From Eledone cirrhosa (lineage: Eukaryota), in assembly GCA_964016885.1 (NCBI GenBank), contig OZ024756.1:10416001-10480000 (forward strand): 64,000 nucleotides of DNA, in the 5' to 3' direction. The notes beneath the pieces are model-generated. The model saw only the letters and a program-made list of their open reading frames with translations, did no database searches and was not told the origin of the DNA. Positions 1 through 13,100 of the stretch are shown one piece after another; the first letter of the stretch is position 1; every line of letters starts with the position of its first letter. Both the position numbers and the translations under genes were made by a program.

Positions 1-100
1 TAAATTCTTCAATTTATAAATTTAATTTATAATAAATTGAAGTGAAAGCAACTGGTGCGCGTGTTTCTTTCTTATTGGCAACATGACCCTCCCAAAGCAT

Positions 101-106
<6 letters not shown>
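1..106 (+). mobile_element. 3' part of a Penelope-like pseudo-LTR (same family as 54428-54700 and 28891-29252)
   Basis: Matches the reverse complement of ~54484-54590 (TTGAAGTGAAAGCAACTGGTGC...CCCTCCCAAAG.ATAACAATAT); runs into (TA)n at 105-153. Confidence 0.75.
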
Positions 107-165
<59 letters not shown>

Positions 166-639
166 CATAATATATATACAGGGAAATTCCGTTATAAAGA
201 AATTCACGGGGTATAAAGATAATACGTTGTAACGAAAAATTCTTTGTAACCGAAACAAATCGTTTGTTTGTTGTTCAATTGTATTCTAGTTATGGTGTTT
301 CACATGGAACCTTATAGATATAACACAGGGAAGTATAGAGTCCAAAATATAAGACAACATATAATCTAATAAGAAGGTTAAAGAAAAGAAGGAAAAACAA
401 GTGAAATGAAAGAGAAAGTTGAAAGGAAAATGTAGAAAGTATCATTGAAATAATTATTCTACAAAGTGTTCTGTCTCATTTAGAAAGTGTTTTCTATGTT
501 GGCCAGCTAAAATCTTCCCTCACTCAATTGTATCAAGTTCATTAGTTAATCCTAACTTTCCTGTAAAATATTACTGATTTCAACAAGAACTTTTTTGGTT
601 ACAACCACTAACAATAACAAATATATTTGTTTCGAGAGA

Positions 640-710
640 AGGAGTGAAGACCTCTATGTGGTTACTTGAGCTGTTGGAAATAGCAGCCAAATTTCTTTCA
701 GGACACATAC
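640..710 (+). repeat. Old dispersed repeat fragment
   Basis: Core GAAATAGCAGCCAAAT resembles TAGAAATAGCAG at ~39300 and GCTAGAAATAACAG at ~41575. Confidence 0.35.
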
Positions 711-1651
711 CTTCTTGGATTAGGAAAGGACTGTTTGGTCGGTTGCTTTAAGCCAGAGTTTAAAGACAATCGGGAACTAAACGGGGGTTAGTTCCCTAAT
801 GAAATATATATCAGGATTGAGTGATCCAAATTTCAGTTTGACATATTATTCGTAATCACGTGTAACACGTGTTTCGTGAATGTATTATATTTATTTCTTC
901 TCCACTGTTTTTGATACATCTCAAAATTCTGTTTAGGCAGCCGTCCCTGCCGGACGGGTTTTTTAGGGCTCCACTTAAGTCAACATAAGCAACACACACA
1001 ACCACGTGCGACTACCCACCAAAAACAAGAAATCAATCACTGAAATATTGACTTTAAATAGCCCTTACAAACCTAAGGTAACACAACAAAAGCCTACTTG
1101 GTCTTACCTGGACGAAAGCTAGGAAATTCCACAATTTATTATTCATCTGAACATTATCTCCATAATTATGTGGTTGGTGCCAGTAAATCTCTCAACAAGA
1201 TTTCTGCTGTTAACCTGGCTTCCACACACTGAAGCATTAACACTGCAGTAACTCAACCACTCTTATAACACGTGGGTTACATTTACAATCAAAAGAAAAT
1301 AAAACACGGAAAAATTAATTCAAATACAAACAGAAAGAAAGATCTATCGCCTTGCTTCTCCACATTTTTATTGGAGATTCTCATCCAACATCTGCTAACA
1401 CAATAAGTTAGTTTCAGAAGCCCCAAGTTCGAGAAGTGATTCGGTAATCTTGGTAAAGTTAAACCTACATAAGTAGATATAATTCAGACTAAGGGTCAGA
1501 CCTGCTTTTATGAGGAGTAGTAAGAGACAATAATATATGTAAGGAGGAGGAGTGAGAGAGATAGGAAGACAAAACTGTGTTAATTCTCTCTCCCCCTCTC
1601 TTCTTTTACTCTATCTACCTCTTATGTCTTCATTTCACTGTTTTATTGTCT

Positions 1652-1685
1652 TACTAGCAATGTATCCCGGCGTTGCACGAGTAAG
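1652..1685 (+). mobile_element. Possible Helentron/HINE-type terminus
   Basis: TACTAGCAATGTATCCCGGCGTTGCACGAGT resembles the ACTAG...CCCG.CGTTGC.CG ends of non-autonomous Helentrons; no partner end seen. Confidence 0.3.
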
Positions 1686-1747
1686 AACATTGGTAATAGC
1701 ACCTCCAATGAGAAACCTTTATTTACGTTACATGATATTTACATATA

Positions 1748-1826
1748 GCGGGTGTCCCTAAAATATGTATACACATTTACATAGACTGTAGTTGAAGTGT
1801 GTATACACTTTTTGGGGGAGACCCGG
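1748..1826. mobile_element. 79-bp Tc1/mariner-type MITE
   Basis: Imperfect ~31-bp TIRs (GCGGGTGTCCCTAAAATATGTATACACATTT / AAGTGTGTATACACTTTTTGGGGGAGACCCGG) flanked by TA on both sides. Confidence 0.65.
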
Positions 1827-1865
1827 TATATATTTTATATACACATATATATATTAAAAGATATA

Positions 1866-4371
1866 TTTTAAAGATATTTTACGCAACGCCTACGACTGTA
1901 GAGAAGAACAGATAGAGACATTCAATGTAGAAGAGCACTGGGAGTTCCTAAAAAATAACTTACTAGAGGCGACGGATGAGATCTGTGGCTGGAGTAAGAC
2001 CACAGGTAGGAGGAGAGTAACTTGGTGGTGGAACAATAAGGTAGATGAGACAGTTTAAGCCAAGAGACAGGCATGGAAAGAATGGAAGAACGGGGGAAGC
2101 AGGGTACATTACATAGAGACCAAGAGGGAAGCTAGGCAACAAGTATACTTAGCTAGGAGGGAAGCAGAGGATAGAAATTCAAGTATGTTTTGCAACGTGA
2201 GGACCAGAAACAGGAGGTGTTCAAGATTGCGAGGCAGTGTGTCAGAGAGAATTGTGATGTCATTGGAGAGAAGTGTATCTGAAATGATAAAGGTGAGCTT
2301 GCCCTCACAAGTGCTGAGAAGAAAGATGCATGGAAGAGTCATTATGATAGATTACTAAATGAGGAGAATGCATGGGAAGAAGAGACCCTACCCCCAAGTA
2401 GACGTTATAGAGGGGCCAGCAGTACAAGTCAGCAGCAGCGTAGTAAGTAAGGCAATCAAAGATATGAAGATGGGGAAGGCAACCGGTCCATCGGGTATAG
2501 CTGCCGAGATGCTGAAGGCATCTGGGTCTGTAGGTCACACTATAACCACACGTATTGTTAACCAGGTAATACTGGAAGGTGTCATACCAAAGGATTGGTG
2601 CAGTAGCATCATTGTCAACTGCTACAAATGTAAAGGTGATGCACTAGATAGAGGAAACTATAGAGGTATAAAGCTGATGGACCAGGTCATGAAAGTAACA
2701 GAAAGAGTTATAGCACAGTTGATTAGGGACCGGGTGAAACTAGATGAGATGCAATTTGGGTCTGTACCAGGAAGAGGCACCACTGATGCCCTCTTCCTTG
2801 TGAGGGAGTTACAGGAAAAGTACCTAGCTAAAAGTAAGCCACTCTACCTGGCATTCGTCGATCTCGAGAAAACCTTTGACAGAGTTCCCCGTGCTATAAT
2901 CTGGTGGGCTCTTAGAAAACTAGGAGCAGATGAATGGCTTGTGAAAGCTGTACAAGCTATGTATAGAGGAGCAGTCAGCAAAGTTAGGATTAGCAATGAG
3001 TATAGCGAGGAATTTAGCGTACAGGTTGGTGTCCACCAGGGCTCTTTTCTTAGCCCTCTCCTGTTCATCATAGTCCTGTAAGCAATAACGGAGGAGTTTA
3101 AAAGTGGATGCCTATGGGAACTCCTGTATGTAGATGACCTCGCACATATAGCTGAATCTATGGTAGAACTAGAGAAGAAATTCCAAACTTGGAAGCAGGG
3201 ACTAGAAAGAAAGGGTCCCAAAGTCAACCTGACAAAGATTAAGGTCCTCGTCAGTAGACGAGAAAACAGAACCCAGATCCCCTCAGGGAAATGGCCTTGC
3301 TCAGTATGTAGGAAAGGTGTAGGTAGGAACTCCATTCTCTGCCCCAAGTGCTAACAATGGGTACACAAGAGATGTAGCGGGATCTCAGGAAGCTTAATTA
3401 AGAATGTAGGATTCACATGTAGCGGCTGTGCTGGGACAGCAAGCAAAAACGGCCACAGGGTACAAGTACCACCAATCTCTGGGAGGGCTCTGTACAAACA
3501 GTAGACAGCTTCTGCTACCTAGGTGACTGAATTAGCAGTGGAGGTGGGTGTTCAGAAAGTACAATAACTAGGTTAGGAATGGGATGGAAGAAGTTCAGGG
3601 AGCTACTGCCACTGCTAGCTGCAAAAGGCTTTTCCCTCAAAATGAAAAGCAGACTGTATGATGCGTGTGTCCGAACAGCAATATTACATGGAAGTGAGAC
3701 CTGGGCGCTGAAGGTGGAAGACTTGCGTAGATTAGAAAGAAACGAAGCCTGCATGCTCCGATGGATGTGTAATAGAAATATATGCGAACGGCAAAGCATA
3801 AATAAATTGAGAGAGAGACTGGGCATAAGTGGAATCAAATGCTGTGTGCAGGAGAGGCGGTTGCGTTGGTATGGACATGTGATGCGTATGAAGGATGACA
3901 GCTGCATAAAAAGGTGCAGAGCACTAGAAGTCAATGGAAACCGCTGAGTGGGGAGACCCAAGAAGACCTGGGATGAAGGGATAAAGGCCGACCTTAACCA
4001 ATTACACCTTTCAAAGGCGATGACACACGACCGTGACCTCTGGCGTCACACAGTAATACAGAATACCCGACCCCCCAGAGGTACAAGCCGAAGCTGAAGC
4101 ATATAGACAATATGCCCCCACACCCTCTCACTGCAAAGTGGTCGTGGGGGTGCCACGGCACAAACGCCCCCAGCACTCACTGTAAAGTGGTCGTGGAGGC
4201 GCCACGGAAAAAAAGCACCCAGCACTCACTGTAAATGAGGCTGGTGTTAGTAAGGGCATCCAGCTGTAGAAATCAAGCCAGAATCAGTTCCCGAATGAGC
4301 AAGACAAGGTCAGCCGACCGGACACTGCCCACTACAGGACAACCCGTCTAACCCATGCTAGTGTGGAAGAA
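1866..4371 (+). mobile_element. RTE-clade LINE, 5'-truncated and decayed (RT, Cys/His-rich insert, C-terminus, 3' UTR)
   Basis: ORF pieces 2359-3081 (NYRGIKL, QFG, FVDLEK.FD, GVHQGS.LSPLLF), LYVDD, 3579-3947 (LHGSETW, RLRWYGHV); stops and frameshifts; collinear with 31636-34000. Confidence 0.95.
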
Positions 4372-5410
4372 CATTTTGTGAAATGGATAATAAAGACCTG
4401 TGTTAAGGTTTAAAGTTACATCTAGAAAGTTAACTATTTTATAATTATTCTCTATTTCTACTTTAAGATTAAGGTAATTAAAATATTGTATAATTTCTTT
4501 TCTTTTCCTATTTATTTCACAGTTATTATTATTTTCTATAAGTAATAGCATATCGTCACGATATAAACCTCCGGTCATCTCCGGTATTTTCCTATGTAGA
4601 GTATTATTAATAAAGAGCCCCACAAGATCCGTTATTTGGGCGGAATCAGATGACCCTATAGTGATATTGAAATTATTATCTCTGTCTGCTCTAGCCCAGA
4701 GGTGGTTGTTAAATTTAATTAATGTTTTCCGTGCAGTTAAGATAATGCGCATTTCATTACTAGTTAAGTCTGTATGTTTAAATGCATTTATTAAGTAGAT
4801 TAGGAGTGATGGATGAGTAATAATTAGCAATATCCAATTGAATAAACTTATAGGTTATGGTTTGGATATATTCCTATGAAAAAATGTTTAAATGTTAAGA
4901 CGTTATAGCAAACAAATTTATGATTTTAACAGTCATAACTGTATAACAGGTAGATTTATAAAATTATAACTTGCTATAAAATAACATAAGATTCATACTC
5001 TAATTACATTATTGAGATGGAAAATTTAATTTTTTAACATCTTAACTTTATAGCATTTAATCCTTAGAGCTATCTAAATTATTAATAAATCGCTAGCAAT
5101 TTCCTTTACGCCCTACTGCTATTACAAATAAGGGATTATTCTTCTGTAAACTCTCGGAATTTCCATGGGCTTAGAAATATTCGGATATTTTAAACTTACA
5201 AATTTTTTAAAATAATTAATTAATAATTAATAAAATTATATATGGTTTTGTAATAATAACATATTTTCTAATAATATATATTTTAATGATATATATTCTT
5301 TAATAATATATAGGTCTCAATTTTTAATAATCTAACATACACATCTAAACATTTAAACTACGGATTGAATTTATAAATTTATTAATTAAATCAAATTTAT
5401 TAATTAAACA
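4372..5410 (-). mobile_element. Penelope-like RT fragment (GLYRDD type, probably Naiad-like), decayed
   Basis: ORF 4348-4830: FNITIGSSDSAQITDLVGLF, GLYRDD, VNFLDVTLNLNTG.YYPFHK. Confidence 0.85.
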
Positions 5411-5456
5411 TTTGATAAAATTCTTCAACTTATCTTTATTATTGTTTATCCATGCT

Positions 5457-5609
5457 ACGGTATTCATCCACGTTATATTCTTTTCTTCGCCTCTTCTCTC
5501 AAAATTACGGTATTCATCCACGTTATATTCTTTTCTTCGCCTCTTCTCTCAAAATTACGGTATTCATCCACGTTATATTCTTTTCTTCGCCTCTTCTCTC
5601 AAAATTACG
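5457..5609. repeat. 50-bp tandem repeat x3
   Basis: TATTCATCCACGTTATATTC... recurs at 5461, 5511 and 5561. Confidence 0.95.
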
Positions 5610-5639
5610 CTATTCTCTCTCACTTAAATATACTCAGGT

Positions 5640-6208
<569 letters not shown>

Positions 6209-6438
6209 ATAGACAAGGGTTAAAATGTCCTCTTCAGTAGTCTGCTGATTATCGTTGGTATTTCGACGCATTAAAGACTAGATACCTAAAATCAGTGCGA
6301 GCGATAACTCAATTAAGTTATCGGGATAGTGGGAAAACAGAGGGAAGGAAACAAAGACATGGTGGTATGCAACGCAAAGAGAGGAAAATAGAAACAAGTC
6401 AATGAATCCTGTGGGCTTAAACCCGACATATCAAATTG

Positions 6439-6638
6439 NNNNNNNNNNNNNNNNNNNNNNNNNNNNNNNNNNNNNNNNNNNNNNNNNNNNNNNNNNNNNN
6501 NNNNNNNNNNNNNNNNNNNNNNNNNNNNNNNNNNNNNNNNNNNNNNNNNNNNNNNNNNNNNNNNNNNNNNNNNNNNNNNNNNNNNNNNNNNNNNNNNNNN
6601 NNNNNNNNNNNNNNNNNNNNNNNNNNNNNNNNNNNNNN
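6439..6638. other. Assembly gap (200 N)
   Basis: N run. Confidence 1.
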
Positions 6639-6673
6639 AAACAAAAGACAGTTATTTAAGTCCATCCCAATTT

Positions 6674-6748
6674 ATTTTATTATACATATTTCGAAGATGT
6701 ATGGCTTATGTATAACATAAGCCAAAACATGTTCTCTTCAGATAAAAT
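6674..6748 (-). ncRNA. Minimal type I hammerhead with long stem II
   Basis: Minus strand: ATTTTAT-CTGAAGA-GAACATGTTTTGGCTTATG-ttata-CATAAGCCATACATCTTC-GAAA-TATGTA-TA-ATAAAAT. Confidence 0.8.
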
Positions 6749-7148
6749 CCACGGGAGATGTAGATGTCATTTGATATGCAGGCGGTCAGATTCGAAGCAG
6801 GCAAGAAGATATATGAGTGGGACAAATATTACAGTTGGTGTTGGCGTTTCCGAACTGGCTGGAGTATAAGGTTACTGGATTGGTCAAATAAAACAAAAGA
6901 AAACAAGTATGGACCGTTAGTCTATTTATTTATAACTTCTGTTAGATTAAATTAGATACTAAATCGAAATTATGGAAATTTAAATATTTATTCAAGGATG
7001 CTATATAACTATATAACTATATAATAAAGAAAAATGTTAAATTACTAATTTCGTAGTCATTTTATCTTAGATTATATTTACAATTTTATTTTAGTAGATA
7101 TTATATGAGTGGAAAAATATTTAACAATTGGCATTACTATTTTTTAGA

Positions 7149-10100
7149 ACTGGTTATTATGGCACCAGTTGGTACTGTATGTAATAACAGTTATTATGGA
7201 ACCAGTTGGTACTGTATGTAGTAACAGTTATTATGGAACCAGTTGGTACTGTATGTAGTAACAGTTATTATGGAACCAGTTGGTACTGTATGTAGTAACA
7301 GTTATTATGGAACCAGTTGGTACTGTATGTAATAACAGTTATTATGGAACCAGTTGGTACTGTATGTAGTAACAGTTATTATGGAACCAGTTGGTACTGT
7401 ACTTAGTAACAGTTATTATGGAACCAGTTGGTACTGTATGTAGTAACAGTTATTATGGAACCAGTTGGTACTGTATGTAATAACAGTTATTATGGAACCA
7501 GTTGGTACTGTATGTAATAACAGTTATTATGGAACCAGTTGGTACTGTATGTAATAACAGTTATTATGGAACCAGTTGGTACTGTATGTAGTAACAGTTA
7601 TTATGGAACCAGTTGGTACTGTATGTAATAACAGTTATTATGGAACCAGTTGGTACTGTATGTAATAACAGTTATTATGGAACCAGTTGGTACTGTATGT
7701 AGTAACAGTTATTATGGAACCAGTTGGTACTGTATGTAGTAACAGTTATGGAACCAGTTGGTACTGTATGTAGTAACAGTTATTGTGGAACCAGTTGGTA
7801 CTGTATGTAGTAACAGTTATTATGGAACCAGTTGGTACTGTATGTAGTAAGTTATTATGGAACCAGTTGGTACTGTATGTAGTAACAGTTATGGAACCAG
7901 TTGGTACTGTTTGTAGTAACAGTTATTATGGAACCAGTTGGTACTGTATGTAGTAACAGTTATTATGGAACCAGTTGGTACTGTATGTAGTAACAGTTAT
8001 TATGGAACCAGTTGGTACTGTTTGTAGTAACAGTTATTATGGAACCAGTTGGTACTGTATGTAGTAACAGTTATGGAACCAGTTGGTACTGTATGTAGTA
8101 ACAGTTATGGAACCAGTTGGTACTGTTTGTAGTAACAGTTATGGAACCAGTTGGTACTGTATGTAGTAACAGTTATTGTGGAACCAGTTGGTACTGTATG
8201 TAGTAACAGTTATTATGGAACCAGTTGGTACTGTATGTAGTAACAGTTATTATGGAACCAGTTGGTACTGTTTGTAGTAACAGTTATTGTGGAACCAGTT
8301 GGTACTGTATGTAGTAACAGTTATTATGGAACCAGTTGGTACTGTACTTAGTAACAGTTATTATGGAACCAGTTGGTACTGTATGTAGTAACAGTTATTA
8401 TGGAACCAGTTGGTACTGTTTGTAGTAACAGTTATTATGGAACCAGTTGGTACTGTATGTAGTAACAGTTATGGAACCAGTTGGTACTGTATGTAGTAAC
8501 AGTTATGGAACCAGTTGGTACTGTTTGTAGTAACAGTTATGGAACCAGTTGGTACTGTATGTAGTAACAGTTATTGTGGAACCAGTTGGTACTGTATGTA
8601 GTAACAGTTATTATGGAACCAGTTGGTACTGTATGTAGTAACAGTTATTATGGAACCAGTTGGTACTGTATGTAGTAACAGTTATGGAACCAGTTGGTAC
8701 TGTATGTAGTAACAGTTATTGTGGAACCAGTTGGTACTGTATGTAGTAACAGTTATTATGGAACCAGTTGGTACTGTATGTAGTAACAGTTATTATGGAA
8801 CCAGTTGGTACTGTATGTAGTAACAGTTATTGTGGAACCAGTTGGTACTGTATGTAGTAACAGTTATTGTGGAACCAGTTGGTACTGTATGTAGTAACAG
8901 TTATTATGGCACCAGTTGGTACTGTATGTAGTAACAGTTATTATGAAACCAGTTGGTACTGTATGTAGTAACAGTTATTATGGCACCAGTTGGTACTGTA
9001 TGTAGTAACAGTTATTATGGAACCAGTTGGTACTGTATGTAGTAACAGTTATTATGGCACCAGTTGGTACTGTATGTAGTAACAGTTATTATGGAACCAG
9101 TTGGTACTGTACTTAGTAACAGTTATTATGGAACCAGTTGGTACTGTATGTAGTAACAGTTATGGAACCAGTTGGTACTGTATGTAGTAACAGTTATTAT
9201 GGAACCAGTTGGTACTGTATGTAGTAACAGTTATTGTGGAACCAGTTGGTACTGTACTTAGTAACAGTTATTATGGAACCAGTTGGTACTGTATGTAGTA
9301 ACAGTTATGGAACCAGTTGGTACTGTATGTAGTAACAGTTATTATGGAACCAGTTGGTACTGTATGTAGTAACAGTTATGGAACCAGTTGGTACTGTATG
9401 TAGTAACAGTTATTATGGCACCAGTTGGTACTGTATGTAGTAACAGTTATTATGGCACCAGTTGGTACTGTATGTAGTAACAGTTATTATGGCACCAGTT
9501 GGTACTGTATGTAGTAACAGTTATTATGGAACCAGTTGGTACTGTTTGTAGTAACAGTTATTATGGAACCAGTTGGTACTGTATGTAGTAACAGTTATTA
9601 TGGCACCAGTTGGTACTGTATGTAGTAACAGTTATTATGGCACCAGTTGGTACTGTATGTAGTAACAGTTATTATGGAACCAGTTGGTACTGTATGTAGT
9701 AACAGTTATTATGGAACCAGTTGGTACTGTATGTAGTAACAGTTATTATGGAACCAGTTGGTACTGTATGTAGTAACAGTTATGGAACCAGTTGGTACTG
9801 TATGTAGTAACAGTTATTATGGCACCAGTTGGTACTGTATGTAGTAACAGTTATTATGGCACCAGTTGGTACTGTATGTAGTAACAGTTATTATGGCACC
9901 AGTTGGTACTGTATGTAGTAACAGTTATTATGGAACCAGTTGGTACTGTATGTAGTAACAGTTATTATGGAACCAGTTGGTACTGTATGTAGTAACAGTT
10001 ATTATGGAACCAGTTGGTACTGTATGTAGTAACAGTTATTATGGAACTAGTTGGTACTGTATGTAGTAACAGTTATTATGGAACTAGTTGGTACTGTATG

Positions 10101-13100
10101 TAGTAACAGTTATTATGGAACCAGTTGGTACTGTATGTAGTAACAGTTATTATGGAACCAGTTGGTACTGTACTTAGTAACAGTTATTATGGAACCAGTT
10201 GGTACTGTATGTAGTAACAGTTATTATGGAACCAGTTGGTACTGTATGTAGTAACAGTTATTATGGCACCAGTTGGTACTGTATGTAGTAACAGTTATTA
10301 TGGAACCAGTTGGTACTGTATGTAGTAACAGTTATGGAACCAGTTGGTACTGTATGTAGTAACAGTTATTATGGCACCAGTTGGTACTGTATGTAGTAAC
10401 AGTTATGGAACCAGTTGGTACTGTACTTAGTAACAGTTATTATGGAACCAGTTGGTACTGTACTTAGTAACAGTTATTATGGAACCAGTTGGTACTGTAT
10501 GTAGTAACAGTTATGGAACCAGTTGGTACTGTATGTAGTAACAGTTATTATGGAACCAGTTGGTACTGTATGTAGTAACAGTTATGGAACCAGTTGGTAC
10601 TGTATGTAGTAACAGTTATTATGGAACCAGTTGGTACTGTATGTAGTAACAGTTATGGAACCAGTTGGTACTGTACTTAGTAACAGTTATTATGGAACCA
10701 GTTGGTACTGTACTTAGTAACAGTTATTATGGAACCAGTTGGTACTGTATGTAGTAACAGTTATTATGGAACCAGTTGGTACTGTATGTAGTAACAGTTA
10801 TTATGGAACCAGTTGGTACTGTATGTAGTAACAGTTATGGAACCAGTTGGTACTGTATGTAGTAACAGTTATTATGGAACCAGTTGGTACTGTATGTAGT
10901 AACAGTTATTATGGAACCAGTTGGTACTGTATGTAGTAACAGTTATTATGGAACCAGTTGGTACTGTATGTAGTAACAGTTATGGAACCAGTTGGTACTG
11001 TACTTAGTAACAGTTATTATGGAACCAGTTGGTACTGTATGTAGTAACAGTTATTATGGAACCAGTTGGTACTGTATGTAGTAACAGTTATTATGGAACC
11101 AGTTGGTACTGTATGTAGTAACAGTTATTATGGAACCAGTTGGTACTGTATGTAGTAACAGTTATTATGGCACCAGTTGGTACTGTATGTAGTAACAGTT
11201 ATTATGGAACCAGTTGGTACTGTATGTAGTAACAGTTATTATGGAACCAGTTGGTACTGTATGTAGTAACAGTTATTGTGGAACCAGTTGGTACTGTATG
11301 TAGTAACAGTTATTGTGGAACCAGTTGGTACTGTACTTAGTAACAGTTATTATGGAACCAGTTGGTACTGTATGTAGTAAGTTATTATGGAACCAGTTGG
11401 TACTGTATGTAGTAACAGTTATTATGGCACCAGTTGGTACTGTATGTAGTAACAGTTATTATGGAACCAGTTGGTACTGTATGTAGTAACAGTTATTATG
11501 GCACCAGTTGGTACTGTATGTAGTAACAGTTATTATGGAACCAGTTGGTACTGTACTTAGTAACAGTTATTATGGAACCAGTTGGTACTGTATGTAGTAA
11601 CAGTTATTATGGAACCAGTTGGTACTGTATGTAGTAACAGTTATTATGGCACCAGTTGGTACTGTATGTAGTAACAGTTATTATGGAACCAGTTGGTACT
11701 GTATGTAGTAACAGTTATTATGGAACCAGTTGGTACTGTATGTAGTAACAGTTATGGAACCAGTTGGTACTGTATGTAGTAACAGTTATTATGGAACCAG
11801 TTGGTACTGTATGTAGTAACAGTTATTATGGCACCAGTTGGTACTGTATGTAGTAACAGTTATTATGGAACCAGTTGGTACTGTACTGTAGTAACAGTTA
11901 TTATGGAACCAGTTGGTACTGTATGTAGTAACAGTTATTATGGAACCAGTTGGTACTGTATGTAGTAACAGTTATTATGGCACCAGTTGGTACTGTATGT
12001 AGTAACAGTTATTATGGAACCAGTTGGTACTGTATGTAGTAACAGTTATTATGGAACCAGTTGGTACTGTATGTAGTAACAGTTATGGAACCAGTTGGTA
12101 CTGTATGTAGTAACAGTTATTATGGAACCAGTTGGTACTGTATGTAGTAACAGTTATTATGGAACCAGTTGGTACTGTATGTAGTAACAGTTATGGAACC
12201 AGTTGGTACTGTATGTAGTAACAGTTATTATGGAACCAGTTGGTACTGTATGTAGTAACAGTTATTATGGAACCAGTTGGTACTGTATGTAGTAACAGTT
12301 ATTATGGAACCAGTTGGTACTGTATGTAGTAACAGTTATGGAACCAGTTGGTACTGTATGTAGTAACAGTTATTATGGAACCAGTTGGTACTGTATGTAG
12401 TAACAGTTATTATGGAACCAGTTGGTACTGTATGTAGTAACAGTTATTATGGAACCAGTTGGTACTGTATGTAGTAACAGTTATGGAACCAGTTGGTACT
12501 GTATGTAGTAACAGTTATTATGGAACCAGTTGGTACTGTATGTAGTAACAGTTATGGAACCAGTTGGTACTGTATGTAGTAACAGTTATTATGGAACCAG
12601 TTGGTACTGTATGTAGTAACAGTTATTGTGGAACCAGTTGGTACTGTATGTAGTAACAGTTATTATGGAACCAGTTGGTACTGTATGTAGTAACAGTTAT
12701 GGAACCAGTTGGTACTGTATGTAGTAACAGTTATTATGGAACCAGTTGGTACTGTATGTAGTAACAGTTATGGAACCAGTTGGTACTGTATGTAGTAACA
12801 GTTATTATGGAACCAGTTGGTACTGTATGTAGTAACAGTTATTATGGAACCAGTTGGTACTGTATGTAGTAACAGTTATTGTGGAACCAGTTGGTACTGT
12901 ATGTAGTAACAGTTATTATGGAACCAGTTGGTACTGTATGTAGTAACAGTTATTATGGAACCAGTTGGTACTGTATGTAGTAACAGTTATTGTGGAACCA
13001 GTTGGTACTGTATGTAGTAACAGTTATTATGGAACCAGTTGGTACTGTATGTAGTAACAGTTATTATGGAACCAGTTGGTACTGTATGTAGTAACAGTTA

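Noticed and set aside
930-1400. Solo LTR (TGTTTAGGCAG...CTGCTAACA)
   Set aside because: Terminal inverted similarity only; no target-site duplication and no second copy in the window.
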